A stretch of 8,820 nucleotides of DNA from Promethearchaeota archaeon (GTDB lineage Archaea; Asgardarchaeota; Thorarchaeia; Thorarchaeales; Thorarchaeaceae), in assembly GCA_027031765.1 (NCBI GenBank), contig JALVPN010000207.1, positions 1 through 8,820 on the forward strand. The letters run 5' to 3'. The position numbers and the translations under genes were made by a program. Below are positions 1 to 6,873 of this stretch, in pieces. Every line of letters starts with the position of its first letter. Positions within the stretch are counted from its first letter, which is position 1. Below the pieces are notes generated by a model. That model was given only the letters and a program-made list of their open reading frames with translations. It made no database searches and was not told the DNA's origin.

Positions 1-1
1 C

Positions 2-1570
2 GGGAAGAGCACGCTCCTCCGCCTCCTGTTCGGCAAGGAGCCTGCACCTGGTGGATACGTGCCCACGATCAACGTTGCCGTCGACTCGTCCGAGACCATC
101 CAGTTCGGCACTTTCCTTGTTACCATCTGGGACTTTGCAGGACAGGCCGTCTTCCAGGACCTCTGGGGCTTCTACTTCCAAGGTACCGACGTCATATTCC
201 TAATCACGGACTCGAGTTTCAGGAACGTCATGCAGACAAAGACGCTGCTCAGGAGCATCAAGAAAGAGGCGCCCGCAGTCCCCCTGTTCATCATTGCCAA
301 CAAGCAGGACCTACAAGAGTCCATGCGGGCCGACAAGATACAGCGCCTGCTGGGTGCACCGACATTCCCTATGGTTGCAACTGACAAGAGCCGTCGTGAC
401 GAGTTCATCCGCCTGATGCTCGAAGTGACAGCCAAGACCGTCGGTGTGGAGCTCCCCGACCTGCCGATCAGCGAGATGATTGTGGTACGCCGACGGACGG
501 AGGAGATTGACCGCATCGGCACGTCGACGGCGCGGGTCTCGGCCCAGTCTGGCTACGAGGACGTCCCATATACAGAGGGGGTGACTGAGACAACACACGC
601 AGGTCTTGCTGCTGTCACAACGACCGGGACGGACCCAGCAGTGACAGGCGACACGGCCGGGACCGACGGCACTGCAGACACGGCTGTACCGGCCACGGAT
701 GCGTCCGACGCTGTGGTCCGTGTGGAACCCACTAAGATCCACCACCTGCTGCTCCTTGTCCTCAAGCCAGGACTGTTTGACATCGCACTGCACATACCAT
801 ACTCTGAGGAACCAGTAGAAATCAACTCGGTGACATCCCTCATCTCGGCCCTGGACTCGTTCGCAGGCATCAGTGCCCCTCCGGACGGAGAGGCCACGCA
901 GACAGACGCCCTAGAGACAATCGAGCACGAGGGCAACCTGGTAATGATAGAGAAGTCAAGGCACTTTGCCCTAGCCCTGATTGTCTCCAACAGGAACCGC
1001 GAAGAAGAGCTCCGCAAGAAGATGGCCTCGGTACTGACAGAGGTCGAGCAGATGTTCCTCGCGTTGTGGAACCGCTGGGACGGCAGTACTGAGCCCTTTG
1101 AGATGGCCGTGTTCGACATCCTCAACGCACTACCAGTCCGCCCCCTCAGCCTCGACTACGTCATACGTTCGCGCGAGGCAGGGAAAGCCCTACCATTCAG
1201 GAACCGTGATGTCGGGCGCGCCATCGTTGAGGTGAAGATGGCCATTGAGCCAGGGATAACAGTGGGCGGCCTCATACGGAGCCTCGACATGCCTCGGGAG
1301 ACCATTCTCGGCTGTCTGCAGATACTGAGTCAGTTCGACTGGATTGACTTCAAAGTGGACATAACGGAGGAGAGCCACCTGAAGAAGAGCGGCGAGGTGG
1401 ACGAGGACACCCGGAAGGCGTACGGGGACGTGGTCGTCAAGTTCGTCGACCTGTGTGATGGCACCCGCTCCCTGCAAGAGGTCGTCCGACAGGTGAATGT
1501 GAGCCTCCAGGCCATGAAGTTCGTCGTACAGAAGCTCGTCCTCGATGGCATCCTCGAAGTCGTCGCATGA
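2..1570 (+). CDS. Arf-like small GTPase fused to a T/A/D-rich linker, a longin-like domain and two winged-helix-like modules (5'-partial; frame is open from the window edge)
   Basis: The frame upstream of the track's start at 59 reads GKSTLLRLLFGKEPAPGGYVPTI (P-loop GKST at 2-13, switch I PT). G3 WDFAGQ is at 128-145, G4 NKQD at 299-310, and LWGFYFQGTDVIFLITDSS is Arf-like. Segment ~734-1135 has a longin-like beta-beta-alpha-beta-beta-beta-alpha pattern ending WDGSTEPF. The C-terminus has IEPGITVGGLIRSL...LQILSQFDWIDF and CDGTRSLQEVVRQVNVS...VQKLVLDGILEVV. The GTPase call is strong; the C-terminal domain calls are inference. Confidence 0.9.
   Translation, partial: GKSTLLRLLFGKEPAPGGYVPTINVAVDSSETIQFGTFLVTIWDFAGQAVFQDLWGFYFQGTDVIFLITDSSFRNVMQTKTLLRSIKKEAPAVPLFIIANKQDLQESMRADKIQRLLGAPTFPMVATDKSRRDEFIRLMLEVTAKTVGVELPDLPISEMIVVRRRTEEIDRIGTSTARVSAQSGYEDVPYTEGVTETTHAGLAAVTTTGTDPAVTGDTAGTDGTADTAVPATDASDAVVRVEPTKIHHLLLLVLKPGLFDIALHIPYSEEPVEINSVTSLISALDSFAGISAPPDGEATQTDALETIEHEGNLVMIEKSRHFALALIVSNRNREEELRKKMASVLTEVEQMFLALWNRWDGSTEPFEMAVFDILNALPVRPLSLDYVIRSREAGKALPFRNRDVGRAIVEVKMAIEPGITVGGLIRSLDMPRETILGCLQILSQFDWIDFKVDITEESHLKKSGEVDEDTRKAYGDVVVKFVDLCDGTRSLQEVVRQVNVSLQAMKFVVQKLVLDGILEVVA
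593..722 (+). repeat. Low-complexity Thr/Ala/Asp/Gly-rich linker with degenerate 27-nt periodicity
   Basis: Encodes THAGLAAVTTTGTDPAVTGDTAGTDGTADTAVPATDASDAVVR. GACACGGC occurs at 650-657 and 677-684, 27 nt apart. Confidence 0.6.
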
Positions 1571-1671
1571 GCAGTACCTGCTGCACCACGCCGTCCCGGC
1601 GGCCTGTGGGGCCCCCTCGCAGTACGTGCTGGCTGAAGGGCCCTCCACGGTGGAGCACAGTGGGACGGCGC

Positions 1672-3813
1672 CTACACCTCAACCACGAACCGCTGGCCCA
1701 TCTGGGGGACCTTGAAGCCCTCAGGTGCCATCCGCAGCGGCGTGTGGACAATGAACCTCTTGCCCGTACACTGGTGTGCGAATGCCTGGAGGTTCGACGA
1801 CGAGGAGTGGGCACTGAGCCGTGCATAGTGTACAGTGCACTCGTGTGGCTCGTAGCCACGGAGAAGGTTCCAACCGGGAGTGCGGGGTGCAAGGTACCCA
1901 CACAGGACCACTGCGGCCTCCGGGTTGCGGCTGTGCTGTCGGAAGTGTTCGCGTGCGAGGCCACCACCAAGCATGCCGCCACCCGCCACGAGTATGTCAT
2001 CTGGGTCAAGCACCACTTTGTTCTTCTTCATCCCCTTCCAGTGGCCCTTTATTCCGACCAGTCGCGTGACCCGTTCTGCAAGGCCCCCGGTGATCACGTT
2101 TCGGGAGGCTGTGATACCGAGTTCTTCGAGTATCATGAGGATTTCCTGGCAACGGCCGACTGCGAATGTCGGGACTATTACTGGGCCGTGCTCCCGGACG
2201 ATGGAGGCGATGTCCTCGCGCACGCGCGTCCTGTCAAAGTCCTGTCGTCCCCAGTAGGTGCCGTCCACTATCACGACGTCGGGGTCTGTGGGCATCACAG
2301 CGCCGGGAAACAGCACCGACCGGTCCAGGTTGAAGTCGCCGGTGTAGAGTATCATGAGGCCCTCGATATCGATGAGAAAGGCCGCGCTACCTGGGACGTG
2401 GCACGCATCGAGAGGCGTGACGACAATCCCCGGCCCCACCTCGCTGCTCTTGCCGACCTCGATGGGCACGTGCTGTTTCGCCACCCTGTCGATGTTGCGC
2501 TGTCTGAACCACGAGACCGGGTCCGTAGAGTCCCGCTTCCGTGGTGGGAGCGGGGTGCCCACTGTGAGGGCATCGTCGAGGAGCGCCTTTGTTATTGCCC
2601 CCGTCAGCGGGGTGGAACACCACTTGCCGGTGAACCGCTCGAACAGTATTGGGAGGCCTCCCGTATGGTCGAGGTGGGCGTGAGTGACAAGCACGCTGTC
2701 AATCACCTCCAGTTCGGGCACCCACTGGGGAGTTGTCTGGTTGGCAACGGACAGGCCATAGTCCAGGAGGACACCCCCCGTGGCGGTCTTGATGATGATG
2801 CCACTGTGGCCGATACCGGGCCCTCCAATGAAGATGAGCTCGACCTTGCGTGTTGGGACTGAGTAGGCCACAGACGGCAGGAGTTCACGCCGCATCCTCT
2901 CAGGGATCATCTCAAAGACAACAGAGTCGAGCGGCTCTGGCGTGGGTGGCGCCGGCAGCTCATGCAGTCGTACGGGGAGCACATCGTCGCTCCCCACCCG
3001 GAACCCTAGCGACCTGAACACGTCCTGCACCGCGCTCACGGCCTCGGGCACCGACATCGATGGGGAGAGGGCCAGCTGTGCCTGTTCGTAGGCCTGGGCC
3101 CTGAAGATGTCGAAGAGGCGCATCTGGAGGCCTTCTGGTAGCCACGTCTTTGTGGCATCATAGACGTCGCTGTACCAGCGTCCCTCGACAGCCTCGGCCA
3201 TGTATTCGGGGTGCCTCACCAGAGTGTCCACGAGGCGGAGGTCGCCCTCACGGACGAGCCCCGACAGGTCGACACCCACGGTGCTGGCCGCCTCAGCAAG
3301 TCTGGAGGGGGTGACAAGCGGGGCGCCCAGGAACCGGATGTGCTCGCGGACCCGGGCGAGTACGTACTCCGGCTCATCGTCTGGGACTGCGGAGAGGAAC
3401 ACCAGGGCCTTGTAGAGCCACCTGTGGAGCTCACCGAGGCCCCTGCCATTTGACAGGGAGAACCGGTACACGTACCTGAAGTCGTCCTCGGTGTAGTTAC
3501 CGAGCAGCATCCCATACATGCAAAGTCCGAGGCAGTGTATCATCTCAGTACCCGGCAGGCCGCGCACAGCATCACGCAGTACGAGGCCGAGCTGTGCGTG
3601 CACAGCCCTTGCCGACCCGAGCCCCACGGGTTCAACGTCATGGGCCCGCAACAGCTCGAACGGGAGGAGGTCCCGCGGCAGGCCGAGGATGTCCTCACCT
3701 TCCGGGATGGCATGTCCTTCACCCGCAAGGGCAGCGTCACTGGCAGCCTGGTCGAAGAAGTCAGAGATCACCTCGTTGTCTGTGTGTGGGAGTCGTTCAC
3801 GGAGTATGGTCAT
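1672..3813 (-). CDS. Beta-CASP metallo-beta-lactamase ribonuclease (aCPSF-like) with a long N-terminal domain of unknown family
   Basis: Motifs in order: LLDYG, THAHLDH (HxHxDH at 2665-2682), ACHVPGS, YTGDF, VDGTYW, PTFAVGRCQE, GGMLGGG, CGYLAPRTPG, LSAH, FIVH. The nuclease part starts near 2844 (VELIFIGG). The start is either ATG at 3813 or GTG at 3822. Confidence 0.92.
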   Translation of the reverse strand: MTILRERLPHTDNEVISDFFDQAASDAALAGEGHAIPEGEDILGLPRDLLPFELLRAHDVEPVGLGSARAVHAQLGLVLRDAVRGLPGTEMIHCLGLCMYGMLLGNYTEDDFRYVYRFSLSNGRGLGELHRWLYKALVFLSAVPDDEPEYVLARVREHIRFLGAPLVTPSRLAEAASTVGVDLSGLVREGDLRLVDTLVRHPEYMAEAVEGRWYSDVYDATKTWLPEGLQMRLFDIFRAQAYEQAQLALSPSMSVPEAVSAVQDVFRSLGFRVGSDDVLPVRLHELPAPPTPEPLDSVVFEMIPERMRRELLPSVAYSVPTRKVELIFIGGPGIGHSGIIIKTATGGVLLDYGLSVANQTTPQWVPELEVIDSVLVTHAHLDHTGGLPILFERFTGKWCSTPLTGAITKALLDDALTVGTPLPPRKRDSTDPVSWFRQRNIDRVAKQHVPIEVGKSSEVGPGIVVTPLDACHVPGSAAFLIDIEGLMILYTGDFNLDRSVLFPGAVMPTDPDVVIVDGTYWGRQDFDRTRVREDIASIVREHGPVIVPTFAVGRCQEILMILEELGITASRNVITGGLAERVTRLVGIKGHWKGMKKNKVVLDPDDILVAGGGMLGGGLAREHFRQHSRNPEAAVVLCGYLAPRTPGWNLLRGYEPHECTVHYARLSAHSSSSNLQAFAHQCTGKRFIVHTPLRMAPEGFKVPQMGQRFVVEV

Positions 3814-3814
3814 G

Positions 3815-4897
3815 TCAATCACGTCGTCCGAGCCCTGGTGGACTACGTTGGCCTGGGGGGCCAGGGGTCACCCTATACAGGCCCTGTCTGCTGTCACGGA
3901 GGGACACTCTCTTCTGCACGAGCCCCTCTGAGATCAGTAACGAGAGTGCATGCCGGACAGTCCGGGCTGGTAGCATGGTCTCCTCAATAATCTGTCGCTG
4001 GGTCAGCTGGCCCTTGTACTCAAGGACCTTGAGCACCAGCTTTGCACTGGGTGGGAGGTCGTGGGCCGCATTGTCGAAGACCTCGGCCTTCTTCAGTAGC
4101 TTGCCCCGGAGCACTGCAATCCGTTCCTCAGAGAACTTGACGAACACGGCGTCAGAGTCGGAACGCCTTATTGTGACCGGCCCGTCGCCGACCTCCTTCC
4201 GGAGCTGTCCGTCCAGGACCGCCTCTATCTTGACCGAGCTGATGAGGTCACGGATCTCGACCTCCATCCTGTCCGATACGATGAGTGGGCGTCGTGCCGG
4301 GTTCACACTATTGACGGTGACTATCGAGAAGACCGGGGCCGAGTTGAGGACGACGGGCCCGCCCACGCTCATCGAGTAGGCCGTGCTCCCGGTGGGCGTG
4401 GACACGATGAGGCCGTCACTACCGTCCTTCCAGAAGGGCTCACCGTCGAGGACGAGGGTGTACCGCATCAGGGTCGCGCTCCGACGTGCAAAGACTGCCA
4501 CATCATTGAGGAGTGGTGGTGACTCCGAGCCCCCTATCGTTGCCACGAGCCGCATCCGTCTGTCCTCGGTCCACCTGCCATCCATGAGGTCTCCAACGAC
4601 CGTGTCGAGCGCCGTCACTGTGACGTCAAAGAGGAAGTCGGGCTGTCCTTTCGACGACACCGGTAGCACTGGGGTCTCCCGGTCACCGAGACGGATGAGG
4701 GTGTCCAGCAGACACCGGTCTGAGCCCACTACTGCAATGATGTCAGCATCAAGGTCTTCCAGTTGGGCGCCCTCCCTGCCCAGTGTCGCGGCCAGTCTCT
4801 GCTCAAGCGCGACCTCGACACCTGCCGCCTCGAACGTCGCAATTGCCGTCCGTGCGTCCTCTACGACTGTGGCCTCGGGACCCGAGACAATGCCCAC
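3815..4897 (-). CDS. NAD-kinase-like protein with degenerate GGDG motif, fused to a C-terminal MarR-type winged helix-turn-helix
   Basis: NAD kinase signatures LLNDVAV, SDGLIVSTPTGSTAYSMSVGGP and LDGQ are present. GGDGT is replaced by GSDRC (4712-4726). The C-terminal LPPSAKLVLKVLEYKGQLTQRQIIEETMLPARTVRHALSLLISEGLV...RDSRQGLY (~3869-4057) matches archaeal MarR-like wHTH proteins. GTG start with AAGGAGGT at 4918-4911. Confidence 0.9.
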   Translation of the reverse strand: MGIVSGPEATVVEDARTAIATFEAAGVEVALEQRLAATLGREGAQLEDLDADIIAVVGSDRCLLDTLIRLGDRETPVLPVSSKGQPDFLFDVTVTALDTVVGDLMDGRWTEDRRMRLVATIGGSESPPLLNDVAVFARRSATLMRYTLVLDGEPFWKDGSDGLIVSTPTGSTAYSMSVGGPVVLNSAPVFSIVTVNSVNPARRPLIVSDRMEVEIRDLISSVKIEAVLDGQLRKEVGDGPVTIRRSDSDAVFVKFSEERIAVLRGKLLKKAEVFDNAAHDLPPSAKLVLKVLEYKGQLTQRQIIEETMLPARTVRHALSLLISEGLVQKRVSLRDSRQGLYRVTPGPPGQRSPPGLGRRD

Positions 4898-4921
4898 GCG
4901 CGTCCTGCAGACCTCCTTGGA

Positions 4922-4950
4922 GTACCATATGGTACGGGCAAGTCACTTGC
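4922..4950. promoter_or_regulatory. Two adjacent palindromes, candidate operator over the inferred start site of the kinase-HTH gene
   Basis: Perfect 14-bp GTACCATATGGTAC (4922-4935) and 6-1-6 GCAAGT-C-ACTTGC (4938-4950), 2 bp apart. The sequences are seen directly; the function is inferred. Confidence 0.55.
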
Positions 4951-4957
4951 ACCCGCC

Positions 4958-4966
4958 CTCTTAAGT
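4958..4966 (-). promoter_or_regulatory. Putative TATA box of the kinase-HTH/RNase unit
   Basis: The minus strand reads ACTTAAGAG. The identical 9-mer occurs at 8399-8407 upstream of the last ORF. Confidence 0.5.
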
Positions 4967-5005
4967 GAGACGACAGGGGATGCGGCGACAGCGTAGTCAG
5001 CGGAT

Positions 5006-5018
5006 GGCAAGAATTGCC
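5006..5018. promoter_or_regulatory. 5-3-5 inverted repeat midway between the divergent TATA-like boxes
   Basis: GGCAA-GAA-TTGCC is centred at 5012; the midpoint between the two TATA-like boxes is ~5013. Confidence 0.4.
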
Positions 5019-5060
5019 TGTGCCTGCCCGTCCCTGTCCGGTTTGCCGATTGAGATTTGC

Positions 5061-5068
5061 CTTTAAGG
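5061..5068 (+). promoter_or_regulatory. Putative TATA box of nadA
   Basis: CTTTAAGG lies 33-40 nt upstream of the ATG at 5101 in an otherwise GC-rich spacer. Confidence 0.55.
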
Positions 5069-5100
5069 GCTTGGGAGGCCAGCTCCATCGGCGTCTGACG

Positions 5101-6066
5101 ATGACCTCAGACCTGAATGACATCCAGCGAGAAGTCCTCGCACTCAAGCGCGAGCGCGGGGCCCTCGTCCTTGCACACAACTACCAGCTGCTAGGAGTAC
5201 AGAGGGTCGCAGATTTTGTCGGCGACTCGCTCCAGCTGGCCCGCAAATCGGCCCAGGTCTCAGGGTACAACATGATTGTGTTCGCAGGTGTCCGGTTCAT
5301 GGCAGAGATGGCTGCAGTCCTTGCACCAGAGGTACCAGTCTACATACCGGCACCAGACGCACTGTGCCCGCTGGCCGCCTTTGTCGATGGCGAGAAGGCC
5401 CGCAAGTGCAGGGCACAGCACCCTGGCGCCCCGGTTGTGCTGTACGTGAACACGACAGCGGAGGCCAAGACCGAAGCCGATGTGATATGTACGTCCAGCA
5501 ACGCGGTCGAGGTCGTCGAGTCGCTCGGTACTGATACTGTGATATTTGGGCCCGATGCGAACCTAGCAGAGTATGTCCGCAGGCAGACAGGCGTGGAAGT
5601 CGTGGACGTCGAGCCCCGGGGCCACTGTTACGTCCACAGACAGTTTGATGTCGCACAGGTCGAGCTCCTGAGAGAGGAGCACCCCGGTGCACTGGTGCTC
5701 GTCCACCCGGAGTGCTCGCCGGAGGTACAGGACGTGGCTGACATTGTCTGCTCAACTGGCAAGATGGTGAAGGTCGTTGCAGAGAGCAGGGCAAGGGAGT
5801 TCATAGTGGCCACGGAGGTCGGGCTTGTGGAACGGCTCCAGGCAGCACACCCTGACAAGACCATCATCCCAGCCCATCCCGGGGCAGTCTGTCGCCAGAT
5901 GAAGAAGACGACCCTGGAGAAGGTAGTGCATGTCCTCCGGGAGCTGCCAGAAGAGAACCTCGTCACAGTGCCCCCTGAGAGGGCAGAGCGGATACGGCGT
6001 GCGCTCGAGCGCATGGAACTGACCGTGCACAGGCCCCCGGTCGCCAGCGTGGTGGCCCATCACTAG
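5101..6066 (+). CDS. nadA: Quinolinate synthase A ([4Fe-4S] enzyme)
   Basis: LAHNYQ, DFVGDSLQLA, FAGVRFMAE, LYVNT, CTSSNA, FGPDANL, HPEC and TEVGLVERL are present, with three cluster-ligand Cys in LCPLA, HCYVH and VCRQMKK. The ATG at 5101 (MTSDLNDIQ, 321 aa) is preferred over the track's start at 5014, which runs through the promoter. Confidence 0.97.
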   Translation: MTSDLNDIQREVLALKRERGALVLAHNYQLLGVQRVADFVGDSLQLARKSAQVSGYNMIVFAGVRFMAEMAAVLAPEVPVYIPAPDALCPLAAFVDGEKARKCRAQHPGAPVVLYVNTTAEAKTEADVICTSSNAVEVVESLGTDTVIFGPDANLAEYVRRQTGVEVVDVEPRGHCYVHRQFDVAQVELLREEHPGALVLVHPECSPEVQDVADIVCSTGKMVKVVAESRAREFIVATEVGLVERLQAAHPDKTIIPAHPGAVCRQMKKTTLEKVVHVLRELPEENLVTVPPERAERIRRALERMELTVHRPPVASVVAHH

Positions 6067-6145
6067 CCGTGGTCTGATGACCCTTGTTGTGGCGGCTTTC
6101 TAGAAGCCTACCCCTTGGTCGACGGGGACGGCACAGGCTGGCCAC

Positions 6146-6802
6146 CTAGTGGCTGGGTATCACCACCGTCAGGACTTCAGAGAGCGAGTGCACCACTGGG
6201 CCAGTATGACCGACACGTCTGAAGTCGTCCTCACCGAACATGCGGGCCACCGCAATGAACCTGCAGAACCCGACTGACCGCTCGTAGTCCTTGAGGGAGT
6301 CACCGACAAAGACCGCATCGCTGAGGTCGACCCCGTGCACACGCTGGATGTGCATGAAGTGGTGGGCGCCCTTCTCAAAACCGGGCCTGTAGCCGACCAC
6401 CTCGTCAAAGCAGTCCAGCAGTCCGCGCCGCCTGAAGTACTCCTCGATTGTGGGCTGGAATGTGGACGATGACACGAACAGTTGCATACCCATCCTGCGG
6501 AGCGCCCTGACCGTGGCCTCGGCATCGGGGAACAGCTCCTGTTCGTATATGCACTGGAGCTTGAGGGCCTCGAACTCCTCGACGGCACGCCTGTTTGCAG
6601 GGTGTCCGGGGAAATTGAGCTCGACCTGGTGCTCGTAGGGCAGGCCCGTGGTCATCCTGTAGCGGCGGGTGGCCTCCTCCTTGGAAACACCATAGTAGTC
6701 CATCATCACGCGCACGCCAATCCTCTCAAGGAATGGCATGCTGTCGGCCAGTGTCCCATCGAAGTCGAATACAATGGCACTACACCTGACGGTCGCTAAC
6801 AT
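6146..6802 (-). CDS. HAD-superfamily hydrolase (phosphoglycolate-phosphatase-like, subfamily IA)
   Basis: Motif I FDFDGTLADS, motif II VSSS, motif III Lys (FEKG), motif IV FVGDSLKD, with a helical cap after motif I. Substrate unknown. Confidence 0.92.
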   Translation of the reverse strand: MLATVRCSAIVFDFDGTLADSMPFLERIGVRVMMDYYGVSKEEATRRYRMTTGLPYEHQVELNFPGHPANRRAVEEFEALKLQCIYEQELFPDAEATVRALRRMGMQLFVSSSTFQPTIEEYFRRRGLLDCFDEVVGYRPGFEKGAHHFMHIQRVHGVDLSDAVFVGDSLKDYERSVGFCRFIAVARMFGEDDFRRVGHTGPVVHSLSEVLTVVIPSH

Positions 6803-6873
6803 TGTTGTCTGGGCCTCATATCTGTCAGTAGTGGTCGTGTGGGACGCCAGTCAGAGCACAGGTCAACTGGCAC

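Noticed and set aside
1567-2862. 431-aa plus-strand ORF whose ATG overlaps the GTPase stop (ATGA)
   Set aside because: It is almost entirely antisense to the motif-complete beta-CASP gene and has no recognisable motifs. Long shadow ORFs are common in GC-rich DNA. The ATGA overlap alone is insufficient; peptide or Ribo-seq evidence would be needed.
5014-5100. 29-aa N-terminal extension of NadA in the ORF track
   Set aside because: It begins with TTG, runs through the promoter and TATA box, and is not NadA-like. ATG 5101 fits the family.
6074-6145. Possible C/D box sRNA (CTGATGA at 6074-6080)
   Set aside because: The C box is imperfect and no downstream CTGA D box lies in the spacer.
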